From contig DCVT01000044.1 in the NCBI GenBank assembly GCA_002328075.1, positions 260,969 to 324,968 of the forward strand: DNA of 64,000 nt. The letters run 5' to 3'. This DNA is from Anaerolineales bacterium UBA2181 (GTDB lineage: Bacteria; Chloroflexota; Anaerolineae; Promineifilales; UBA4811). Under the pieces are notes generated by a model. The model saw only the letters and a program-made list of their open reading frames with translations. It had not been told where the DNA came from and made no database searches. Numbering within the stretch: the stretch's first letter is position 1; every line of letters begins with the position of its first letter. Positions 42,642-50,441 of this stretch are shown here, piece by piece. A program made the translations under genes and the position numbers.

Positions 42642-43865
42642 TCAGACAGGAATCACCAGCTCCTTGGGGAATTCGGTTAGCGAACGAAACATGCCGTCCG
42701 CACCTACGGTCCACGTATCCTCCAACCGCACTCCATACCCTTTGTCCGGGTAATAGAGGCCGGGCTCAACCGTGAAAACGGAACCGGGCACCAGCCGGTC
42801 CTCGTTCAGTTTTGTGTCTGAAAAGCGGGGGCGGCTGTGAATCTCCAAACCGATTCCGTGACCCAACGTGTGGACATACCCGCTTTCGGCATGGGCGTCG
42901 GTACGGGGTGTCGCGTGGCCCATCTCCTCCATGATGTCGCAGGTCAAATGCTGATACGTACGTGCCAGTTCGTTGACCCGCAACTCTGAAACGACCTTGT
43001 CATAACAGAACCGTACCTGATCATAGATCTCTTGGACATCCGGCCGCGCGTAGCCGATGGAGAAGGTCCGGGTCATGTCGTGAAAATAGCCACCTCCAGC
43101 CTCCCGCGGAAAGAGATCAAATACGATGCTCTCACCCAGACGAAGCGGGTCTGACGCATTTCCGGCGCTGTGGGGCACGCCCGCATCGCGCCCGATGGCA
43201 AATATCATACCTTCTGGGTCTTCCAGTCCCAATTCAAACAGAGTGCGCAACACCTCGCGCTTGACATCACCAACAGTAAGGGGAGATCCATCCGCCTTAG
43301 CCATAACCCCATCCACCGATCGGTGGCGCTGGATAAGGTCCACCGCTGCCTGGACAGCTGCGGCCGTCTTTTTACCTACCTCGCGCATGCGTTGGATTTC
43401 GATCTCATCCTTTGTCAACTGAGCGTGATCGAAAATCGTGTCATCGAACTCGCCCATCACCGTGAGTTCGGGCACGCCGGAGCTGAGCGCATTCAGAAGA
43501 GCCAGTGTACGGCCCTGATCCTGTTCCCCATAAAACGCAACGCGACCCCGGACACCCAATGTGTCGAACAGCCTCGAGTAGAACAGGACTGTTCCCCCCA
43601 GCGTGGATCCGGCTTCCTCCACCAGAGCGCGCGGATTCAGATCGCCTAGATTGAATGAATCCATGCCTGCTTTCGCCGCCTCGTCCCGCTCCATCGGGTA
43701 GTAACCCAACACAGGCGGCCGACCGGCTGGTTTCACCACGACACCCTGGGTGAGCTTGGCTCCATTGGTCATATAGTACATGGTCGGATTGCCGTGGATT
43801 CGGCCGGAAACCACGGCCACATCGATTCCCCGCTCTGCCATGAGGCGGTCTAGGTCAAACTTCAT
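42642..43865 (-). CDS. M24-family Xaa-Pro aminopeptidase/dipeptidase
   Basis: Internal ATG (MKFDLDRLMAERG) of ORF 42642..43937. Metal ligands in DLFPREAGGGYFHDMTRT, HTLGHGIGLEIHS and TVEPGLY. Confidence 0.85.
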   Translation of the reverse strand: MKFDLDRLMAERGIDVAVVSGRIHGNPTMYYMTNGAKLTQGVVVKPAGRPPVLGYYPMERDEAAKAGMDSFNLGDLNPRALVEEAGSTLGGTVLFYSRLFDTLGVRGRVAFYGEQDQGRTLALLNALSSGVPELTVMGEFDDTIFDHAQLTKDEIEIQRMREVGKKTAAAVQAAVDLIQRHRSVDGVMAKADGSPLTVGDVKREVLRTLFELGLEDPEGMIFAIGRDAGVPHSAGNASDPLRLGESIVFDLFPREAGGGYFHDMTRTFSIGYARPDVQEIYDQVRFCYDKVVSELRVNELARTYQHLTCDIMEEMGHATPRTDAHAESGYVHTLGHGIGLEIHSRPRFSDTKLNEDRLVPGSVFTVEPGLYYPDKGYGVRLEDTWTVGADGMFRSLTEFPKELVIPV

Positions 43866-44143
43866 GTTAACTGCTCTCCGTAAAGCCCCCAGTTGGTTGG
43901 TCGCACATGAGTCCCCGCGGTCGTACTCACCAGGCACACATCGACTCTGACGTCGGTCAACCTGTCGGACGACCGCATGAGCGCCCCACCACCTTGGATC
44001 GATACAAACTCAGTCTTGCGAGTTTGCTCAAGCGCAGTGAACTCGGCGCAAACTCGTCGCATCCTGGTACGGTCCATCCGCTCAACGAACTCGTCGAAGA
44101 ACTGAGCCGTGGCTCCCTCCTCGCCACTGGCAGAGTCCGACAC
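43862..44143 (-). CDS. hypothetical 93-aa protein, translationally coupled to the peptidase gene
   Basis: GTG start. Its TGA overlaps the peptidase ATG (ATGA). Codon third positions are GC-rich like neighbouring genes. I recognise no motif and no SD. Confidence 0.4.
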   Translation of the reverse strand: MSDSASGEEGATAQFFDEFVERMDRTRMRRVCAEFTALEQTRKTEFVSIQGGGALMRSSDRLTDVRVDVCLVSTTAGTHVRPTNWGLYGEQLT

Positions 44144-44219
44144 CTGATCGGCGATTGTTCATATCGGTCATTCTTCAGGTTTCGTTGGTCGCGAACGCTA
44201 AACTCATGGAGGTGTGAAA

Positions 44220-45596
44220 TCAGCTCCGATCTGCCGCCTGCAGCACGGCGCAGAGCAGGGCTCGCTCCTCACCCGGCATCACGGTGCGTGGGTCCAGGAC
44301 CAGGCAGTCATTGTCTATCCGCCCAATGACCGGCACCGGCGCTGCCCGCATCCCTGCTGACAGACCCGCCGGGTGAGGATGGGTGATGACCACCAACCAC
44401 GTCGGCAGTACGGTGCCGGGAAGGCTCCCCCCACCGACGGCCGAATGGCCGTCGGTGACGGTAGCCGCAAGACCATTTCGCGTTAGATGACGAGCCCAAC
44501 GATGGGCCACCCTTTTCAGATCTGCTGCCGGTTTGGCTATCATCCGCCATATCGGTATCTCTCGCACGGCCTCGTCTTTGAGATAGTGCAACAGCGTTGC
44601 CGACAGCGCCGCCAGGCAGAGTTTGTCCGGCCGGACTGCCCGGGCCAATGGGTGCCTGGCCACCTTTTCCACAGCATCCGCCCGGCCGACAATCAACCCA
44701 GCCTGCGGACCACCCAGCAGTTTGTCCCCACTGAAGCAGGCCAGATCCACACCGGCCGCCAAGCTCTCCTGCACCGTCGGCTCGTGCCGCAGGCCAAATG
44801 CTGCAGTGTCCAAAAGACTCCCGCTTCCCAGGTCGTGCAACAAGAGCAGGCCATGGTCGCGGGCTAGCGCCGCCAACTCGGCCAGGTCAGGCTCCGCGGT
44901 AAAACCGACCATCGCAAAGTTCGAATGGTGCGCCACCATGATAGCCCGGGTGTTGGGCGTGATAGCCTGTTGGTAATCCCACAAATGCGTCCGATTCGTT
45001 GTCCCGACCTCAACCAGGCGAGCGCCGGACTGTCCCATCACCTCGGGAATTCGAAACCCACCGCCGATCTCCACCAGCTGGCCACGCGAGATGACCACCT
45101 CGCATCCCGAAGCCAACGCGGTCAATGTCAGCAATACGGCTGCCGCGTTGTTGTTAACCACCGTCGCAGCCTCAGCGCCGGTAATCTGAGCCAGCAGGTC
45201 TCGCGCGTGCACCGAACGCGAGCCCCGCTTTCCCGGCCCCAACTCGTACTCCAGGGTGCTATACCCTTGCCCCACCGTGCTCAGTGCCATGAGCGCAGCT
45301 TCGCTGAGCGGCGCCCTCCCCAGGTTGGTGTGGATTATGACACCGGTGGCATTGATGACCGGACGCATGGTCGCTGCGGTGCGGGTAGCCAACTGAGCCT
45401 GGGCTTCAGAGTACAGCTCGGAATTTGTGAAAGGCATATCCCGTCCAGCCCGTATTGCCTGGCGCGCCGCGTCCAACGCGGAGCGCACGGCCTCCAGGCA
45501 GAGCGGCCGCCCGAACGACTCCACCAGGCTGACGCCAACCGGTTCCTGCAGCAGCTGCTCCACACTAGGAAGCAGGCGAAACAGATCTGCCTTCAC
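44220..45596 (-). CDS. selA: L-seryl-tRNA(Sec) selenium transferase
   Basis: 458 aa, collinear with SelA: LPSVEQLL, RPVINATGVIIHTNLGRAPL, VNNNAAAVLL, FSGDKLLGGPQAGLIVG (PLP-Lys), PVIGRIDNDCLVLD. Confidence 0.9.
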   Translation of the reverse strand: MKADLFRLLPSVEQLLQEPVGVSLVESFGRPLCLEAVRSALDAARQAIRAGRDMPFTNSELYSEAQAQLATRTAATMRPVINATGVIIHTNLGRAPLSEAALMALSTVGQGYSTLEYELGPGKRGSRSVHARDLLAQITGAEAATVVNNNAAAVLLTLTALASGCEVVISRGQLVEIGGGFRIPEVMGQSGARLVEVGTTNRTHLWDYQQAITPNTRAIMVAHHSNFAMVGFTAEPDLAELAALARDHGLLLLHDLGSGSLLDTAAFGLRHEPTVQESLAAGVDLACFSGDKLLGGPQAGLIVGRADAVEKVARHPLARAVRPDKLCLAALSATLLHYLKDEAVREIPIWRMIAKPAADLKRVAHRWARHLTRNGLAATVTDGHSAVGGGSLPGTVLPTWLVVITHPHPAGLSAGMRAAPVPVIGRIDNDCLVLDPRTVMPGEERALLCAVLQAADRS

Positions 45597-45995
45597 TCAT
45601 GACTCCTGGCGCGTCAACAACAGCATCTCGAACAGGACCAGAACCACCAGTAGCAGCAGGGCTAACGCCCAATTGAATATGGAATGCATCTGAAACCAGG
45701 CACAAGCTGTCACCCAGGTGGTTGCCCAGATCGCCCGCCTCACAATCACCTTGGCAGCCTGCCAGTCATCGCCAACCACGACGGCGCCGAAGCGGCGATG
45801 GAGAAACCAGATCAGCGGCAGCGAAGACCCGCCCACCGCTATCCACAACGCAACAAAAAATCCGGGCCGCCAGTCGCGCTGCTGTGTGACAGGCCACTCG
45901 CCCAGCAACCTTACCAATGCGACCCAACCCACAACGGCAGCCGCGATGCCGGTCACCAACACTGCCCAGTGACGTACGCTGCTCCGCTTGTCCAT
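45597..45995 (-). CDS. hypothetical four-helix membrane protein
   Basis: Internal ATG (MDKRSSVRHW). Its stop directly abuts the selA GTG. Four hydrophobic segments. Confidence 0.5.
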   Translation of the reverse strand: MDKRSSVRHWAVLVTGIAAAVVGWVALVRLLGEWPVTQQRDWRPGFFVALWIAVGGSSLPLIWFLHRRFGAVVVGDDWQAAKVIVRRAIWATTWVTACAWFQMHSIFNWALALLLLVVLVLFEMLLLTRQES

Positions 45996-46053
45996 GTGCA
46001 GGATTATAGACCAAATCGCCAAAATGGGGAAATGCCGGCGCCGATTAGCCCTG

Positions 46054-46062
46054 TGGTATAAT
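46054..46062 (+). promoter_or_regulatory. extended -10 (TGGTATAAT) upstream of the ABC-F gene
   Basis: TGGTATAAT at 46054-46062, 30 nt upstream of ATG 46093. Confidence 0.45.
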
Positions 46063-46092
46063 TCCCGGCGCGCGATCAGAGTGTGCATTCAC

Positions 46093-48003
46093 ATGGCGTT
46101 AGTTACGGCAAACAAGGTCAGCAAATCCTTCGGCGCTGAGGACATCTTTTGGGACATCACCGCTTCCGTGCCACACGGGTCGCGGATCGCGTTGGTGGGC
46201 CCAAACGGGGCCGGGAAAACTACGCTGCTCCGAATCCTGGTCGGGCTGGATTCACCATCGGGTGGTGGCGTGCACCGAGCACGCAACCTGGCCGCAGGTT
46301 ACCTGCCGCAGGAAGCCGAGAACGCCTTTGATGAACCCGACCAGACAATCTGGCAGGCCATGATGGCGGTCTTTGCCGAACTCCGACTGCGTGAGAGTAA
46401 CCTGCGCGAGATGGAGCGCCAGATGGCTCTCCTGCCTGAGGACGGCGCCGGGGACCTACTGGAGCGGTACGGTACCGCGCTGGATCGCTTCGAACATGAC
46501 GGCGGATACAGATACGAACAAGATACCCGCCAGGTTCTGCAGGCGCTGGGTTTTGCGCCCCAAGATTACGAGATGCCGATTGCGCATCTAAGCGGCGGCC
46601 AAAAAACCCGCGCTCTGTTGGCTCGATTGCTTTTGTTGGCACCCGACTTGCTGGTGCTTGACGAGCCCACCAATCATCTGGACATAAAGGCCATCGAATG
46701 GCTGGAAAACCAACTTGCTGGATGGCAGGGGGCATTGCTGATTGTAAGCCACGACCGCTACTTCTTGGACAAGGTGGTCAACCGCGTGTGGGAGCTGAAC
46801 CTCGGTGAACTGGAAGTTTATCGTGGCAACTATAGCGCCTACCTTTTGCAGCGCCAGGAGCGTTATCAGCGTAGGCTCACCGAATACCAGCAGCAGCAGG
46901 CACTCATCTCGCGCGAGGAGGATTTCATCCGTCGCAACATCTCGGGTCAACGCACGCGCGAAGCTCAGGGGCGGCTGAAACGGTTGGAACGCCTCAAGCG
47001 CGACAACCTCATCCTGTCGCCGGTGCAGAACCGACGGCTCAGCATCCGATATCAGGCCACACGTCGGAGCGGCGAGCTGGTGTTGCGAACCCACGGCCTA
47101 GCAGTGGGTTTTGCACCCGAGTCCCCGCTGTTTACAGCGCAGGATATCGTCCTGCGCCGTGCTGAATGTGCTGCCCTTATCGGACCCAACGGGGCTGGCA
47201 AGACGACGTTTCTGAGGACCATCTTGGGCCATCAGCCGCCGCTCTCGGGGGAGGTTCGACTGGGTGCCAGCCTGCAGATTGGCTATCTTGCCCAGACCCG
47301 TGATGAGATCGACCTTGCCGCTAACCGCAGCGTGTTGGACGAATTCCTGGCCCACTTTGCCACACTGACCAGCGAGGCGCGGGATTACCTAGCCCGGTTT
47401 CTCTTTTCGGGAGACGACGTCCACAAATCGGTTCAAGCGCTCAGTGGTGGCGAGCGGGGTCGGCTAGCCTTGGCGCTGCTCATGAGGCAGGATGCCAATG
47501 TGCTGTTGCTGGATGAACCAACCAATCATCTGGATATTCCAGCACAGGAGGTTCTGGAACGTGTGCTTGACCAGTTCCAGGGTACGCTGCTGTTGGTCAG
47601 TCACGATCGCTACCTGGTCAGCCGCCTCGCCACTCAGATATGGCATCTGGATGATCGTCGGCTTGGCGTCTACCCCTGCACCTACCAGGAATTCCTGGTT
47701 GCCCGCGAACGCGAGGCGGCTGAGCGGGGAGAGATGACCGCCACACGTGGCTTGTGGCGCAGGCCAGACCGCTGGCAGGCTGTCAAAGCCGAAGAGGCGC
47801 GCCGTGCAGCCAAAGAACTGGAGAATCTGGAGCAGACCATTGAGCGGCTAGAGGCCCGTCTGGCAGCGCTGGCCGCCGGGTTGGAGGTAAGCAGCGCCGG
47901 TCAGGAGTTTGACAAAGTGCGTCAGCTCGGGCTAGAATATCAGGCTGTGGAAGCTGACCTCGAACTCCATCTGGCAGAGTGGGAAAAAGCAGCCGATGGA
48001 TAG
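46093..48003 (+). CDS. ABC-F family ATPase (two ABC domains, no TM; Uup/EttA-like)
   Basis: Internal ATG (MALVTANKVSKSF). Two Walker A motifs (GPNGAGKTTLL, GPNGAGKTTFL) and two signatures (LSGGQKTR, LSGGERGR). Charged interdomain linker and C-terminal coiled coil. Confidence 0.9.
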   Translation: MALVTANKVSKSFGAEDIFWDITASVPHGSRIALVGPNGAGKTTLLRILVGLDSPSGGGVHRARNLAAGYLPQEAENAFDEPDQTIWQAMMAVFAELRLRESNLREMERQMALLPEDGAGDLLERYGTALDRFEHDGGYRYEQDTRQVLQALGFAPQDYEMPIAHLSGGQKTRALLARLLLLAPDLLVLDEPTNHLDIKAIEWLENQLAGWQGALLIVSHDRYFLDKVVNRVWELNLGELEVYRGNYSAYLLQRQERYQRRLTEYQQQQALISREEDFIRRNISGQRTREAQGRLKRLERLKRDNLILSPVQNRRLSIRYQATRRSGELVLRTHGLAVGFAPESPLFTAQDIVLRRAECAALIGPNGAGKTTFLRTILGHQPPLSGEVRLGASLQIGYLAQTRDEIDLAANRSVLDEFLAHFATLTSEARDYLARFLFSGDDVHKSVQALSGGERGRLALALLMRQDANVLLLDEPTNHLDIPAQEVLERVLDQFQGTLLLVSHDRYLVSRLATQIWHLDDRRLGVYPCTYQEFLVAREREAAERGEMTATRGLWRRPDRWQAVKAEEARRAAKELENLEQTIERLEARLAALAAGLEVSSAGQEFDKVRQLGLEYQAVEADLELHLAEWEKAADG

Positions 48004-49108
48004 ACCAGTGGTCATCGGCCTGACCGGCAACATCGCCACCGGAAAGTCCAAGGTACTGGAGATGCTTGCCCAGTTAGGCGCCTTTACCGTGGACGCGGAT
48101 CAACTGGTCCACCAGATACTGGACCACGACCCCGCAGCCCAAGTCTACATCCGAACCCGCTTTGGGCCGGGCACCATTACAGCCCACGGGATGGTAGATC
48201 GCGCGCTCCTGGCCTCGATTGTTTTCCGAGACCCGGCAGCGCTCCAGGACCTGGAGGCGATGATCCATCCTCGGGTGGGAGCTTTGATCAACCAATTGAT
48301 CAGCGAACTAAAGGCGCCAGTGGTGGCAGTTGAGGCTATCAAGCTGCTGGAGAGCCCACTGCGCGCCCTGTGCCATCAAGTCTGGGTGACCACATGCCCC
48401 GAGGAGCAGCAGTTCGAACGGATGGTGAGCGGCCGTGGCATGACCCGCGCCCAAGCAGTGGAGCGGATACGCAGCCAACCTCGCCAGCGGGACAAGATCG
48501 CCCAGGCCGACGTGGTGATTGACACCTCCAAGCGACTGGAGGACACCCAGCAGCAGGTCCGGGACGCGTGGCAACGGCTTTGCGAGCAGCCTGGACCGGG
48601 GATGCCCGTAGGGGAGATCACGATCCGCCGTGCTGGCCCACGTGATCTGGAAGCTTTGGAGGGTCTGTTGGCCCAGACCGACTCCGCGCCCCGACCCGAT
48701 CCCGGTCACGCCGATCGATCCCGACTGCTGGAAAATCTGGGCCAGCAGGGTTACCTGTTGGCAGAGTCCCATGGCAGGATTCGGGGAGCTATCGCCTGGA
48801 ACGCCGAGAACCTGGTGGCCCACGGACATCGCGTCATGCTCGTTCCGTATGATGAGCAAGTCGGCCAGACGCTGCTGGAAGCATTCTGTCAGGCTGCGCA
48901 GGATTTGATGTGTGAAGTGGCTTTCCTGTATGCCCCGACCGTCGCACATGACCCGGCCGCATGCCTATACCGGTCTTGCGGGTTTGAGCTCACGGACCCG
49001 GCTGCGCTGCGCGGCATTTGGCGCGACGCTGCGCAGGCCGCTATGCCGCCGGGCACGCGGCTCTTGATGCGCACATTGCGGGATCGGCCCGTTGGGCAGC
49101 CAGCGTGA
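47996..49108 (+). CDS. coaE: dephospho-CoA kinase fused to a C-terminal GNAT-like domain
   Basis: VIGLTGNIATGKSKVLEML... matches CoaE for about 200 aa. About 170 extra C-terminal residues follow (ITIRRAGPRDLEALEGLL...YRSCGFEL), which look like an acetyltransferase fold. Confidence 0.85.
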   Translation: MDRPVVIGLTGNIATGKSKVLEMLAQLGAFTVDADQLVHQILDHDPAAQVYIRTRFGPGTITAHGMVDRALLASIVFRDPAALQDLEAMIHPRVGALINQLISELKAPVVAVEAIKLLESPLRALCHQVWVTTCPEEQQFERMVSGRGMTRAQAVERIRSQPRQRDKIAQADVVIDTSKRLEDTQQQVRDAWQRLCEQPGPGMPVGEITIRRAGPRDLEALEGLLAQTDSAPRPDPGHADRSRLLENLGQQGYLLAESHGRIRGAIAWNAENLVAHGHRVMLVPYDEQVGQTLLEAFCQAAQDLMCEVAFLYAPTVAHDPAACLYRSCGFELTDPAALRGIWRDAAQAAMPPGTRLLMRTLRDRPVGQPA

Positions 49109-49143
49109 TGCCGGAGAGAATTCCGAGTAAGGGAGAAAGCAAC

Positions 49144-49335
49144 ATGTCCCGATTGGTTGACTGGATCAAACGACATCCTCAACTGGCATCATGGACGGTG
49201 TTGGCGATAGGCATGGTTGCCATTCTGGTCTGGGAGGCACGCGACGTTGGCCTACTTGCCCACCAGTGGGCAGCCTTGATTGTGGCCACGATTCTGGTGG
49301 CCGGCGCCTGCGTGTGGATTATCGGTTGGGAATAG
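49144..49335 (+). CDS. hypothetical 63-aa two-helix membrane protein
   Basis: AGGGAGAAAG SD 6 nt before the ATG. Two hydrophobic helices (WTVLAIGMVAILVW and ALIVATILVAGACVWIIGW). Confidence 0.5.
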   Translation: MSRLVDWIKRHPQLASWTVLAIGMVAILVWEARDVGLLAHQWAALIVATILVAGACVWIIGWE

Positions 49336-49350
49336 CCCCTCGCGAGGGGG
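49336..49350 (+). terminator. short GC palindrome directly after the stop codon (weak terminator candidate)
   Basis: CCCCTCGCGAGGGG(G) sits between convergent genes. There is no clear T-tract on the plus strand. Confidence 0.25.
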
Positions 49351-49436
49351 AAAACCGACTTGTGGACGGCTGTACTGCGCCGTCAGTCCTGGCCCGCGGG
49401 TGCCACTCCAATTCCGGGGTCTCAGCCAAAACGGAC

Positions 49437-50441
49437 CTACGCCCACCAGGGCAACTCAGCGGCCTCATCGCGCAGCCGTAAATAACTCTCGTACCTTTCG
49501 GGTGCGATCCGTCCCTCCTCCACGGCCGCCAGGATGGCGCATCCCGGTTCGTGGGTGTGGCTGCAGTCGCTAAAACTGCACTGTTCGACCAGAGGCGCCA
49601 TTTCCCGAAAATAGGCATCCAGCTCGTCCGGTTCAATGTCCCATAAAGCCAGCCCCCGCAGGCCCGGGGTGTCGGCCACGTAACCACCGCCACACAGGGG
49701 GATGAGTTCCCGCACGCGCGTGGTGTGACGCCCTTTGCCGGTCGCTCGACTGACCGCCTGCACCGCCAGACCCAGACCCGGCTGTACCGCGTTCAAGAGG
49801 CTGGATTTGCCGGCCCCTGACGGCCCCGCCAAGACCGAGATCTTGCCAGTCAGCACCGCGCGCAATGTTGCCACACCTGCGCCCGTCACAGCACTGGTGT
49901 ACACCACGGGATAACCGATATCTTCGTACAGGCCAAAAACCCGGCGCGGGTAGTCCGGTTCACCCATACTGACCGCGAGGTCAATCTTGTTGACACAGAC
50001 CACAGAGGGAAGTGCTGAATCCTCAGCCATCACCAGGAAGCGATCCAACATGCGTGGACTGGGTGCCGGATCCATCACCGCAAAGACAAAGACCGCCTGA
50101 TCTGGATTGGCGACAATGATCTGTTTGTAGAGCTGTTCGCTGGGGTTGGAGTCACGTCCACCAGGCACCGGCGCGCGCCGAATAAGCGCACGGACTCGTT
50201 CTTCAACGATCTCAATCTCCCCCTTGCCGCTGCTCAACTCGGCCACCTGTACCCGGTCCCCAACTGCGACTATGTCAGCCGGCGGAAAATCCGGGTCCAA
50301 ATCGATGTGCCGCTGGTGCTCCACTTTGAGACGGCCGGGAATGCGACAAACCAGCAGGCGGCCGTCTTCGGTTTTGACGGTGAAAAAGCCGCTCTGAGTC
50401 TTGACTACCAATCCTTTTTGAAGCGACATCAGCCAGGTCAC
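49437..50441 (-). CDS. rsgA: ribosome small-subunit-dependent GTPase A
   Basis: OB fold in the N-terminus, circularly permuted GTPase (NKIDL ... GPSGAGKSSLLNA), and the C-terminal zinc motif CSFSDCSHTHEPGC. Confidence 0.9.
   Translation of the reverse strand: MTWLMSLQKGLVVKTQSGFFTVKTEDGRLLVCRIPGRLKVEHQRHIDLDPDFPPADIVAVGDRVQVAELSSGKGEIEIVEERVRALIRRAPVPGGRDSNPSEQLYKQIIVANPDQAVFVFAVMDPAPSPRMLDRFLVMAEDSALPSVVCVNKIDLAVSMGEPDYPRRVFGLYEDIGYPVVYTSAVTGAGVATLRAVLTGKISVLAGPSGAGKSSLLNAVQPGLGLAVQAVSRATGKGRHTTRVRELIPLCGGGYVADTPGLRGLALWDIEPDELDAYFREMAPLVEQCSFSDCSHTHEPGCAILAAVEEGRIAPERYESYLRLRDEAAELPWWA

Noticed and set aside
44144-44219. Looked for tRNA-Sec or a SECIS-like element next to selA.
   Set aside because: The 76-nt spacer is too short for tRNA-Sec and shows no long-arm cloverleaf features.
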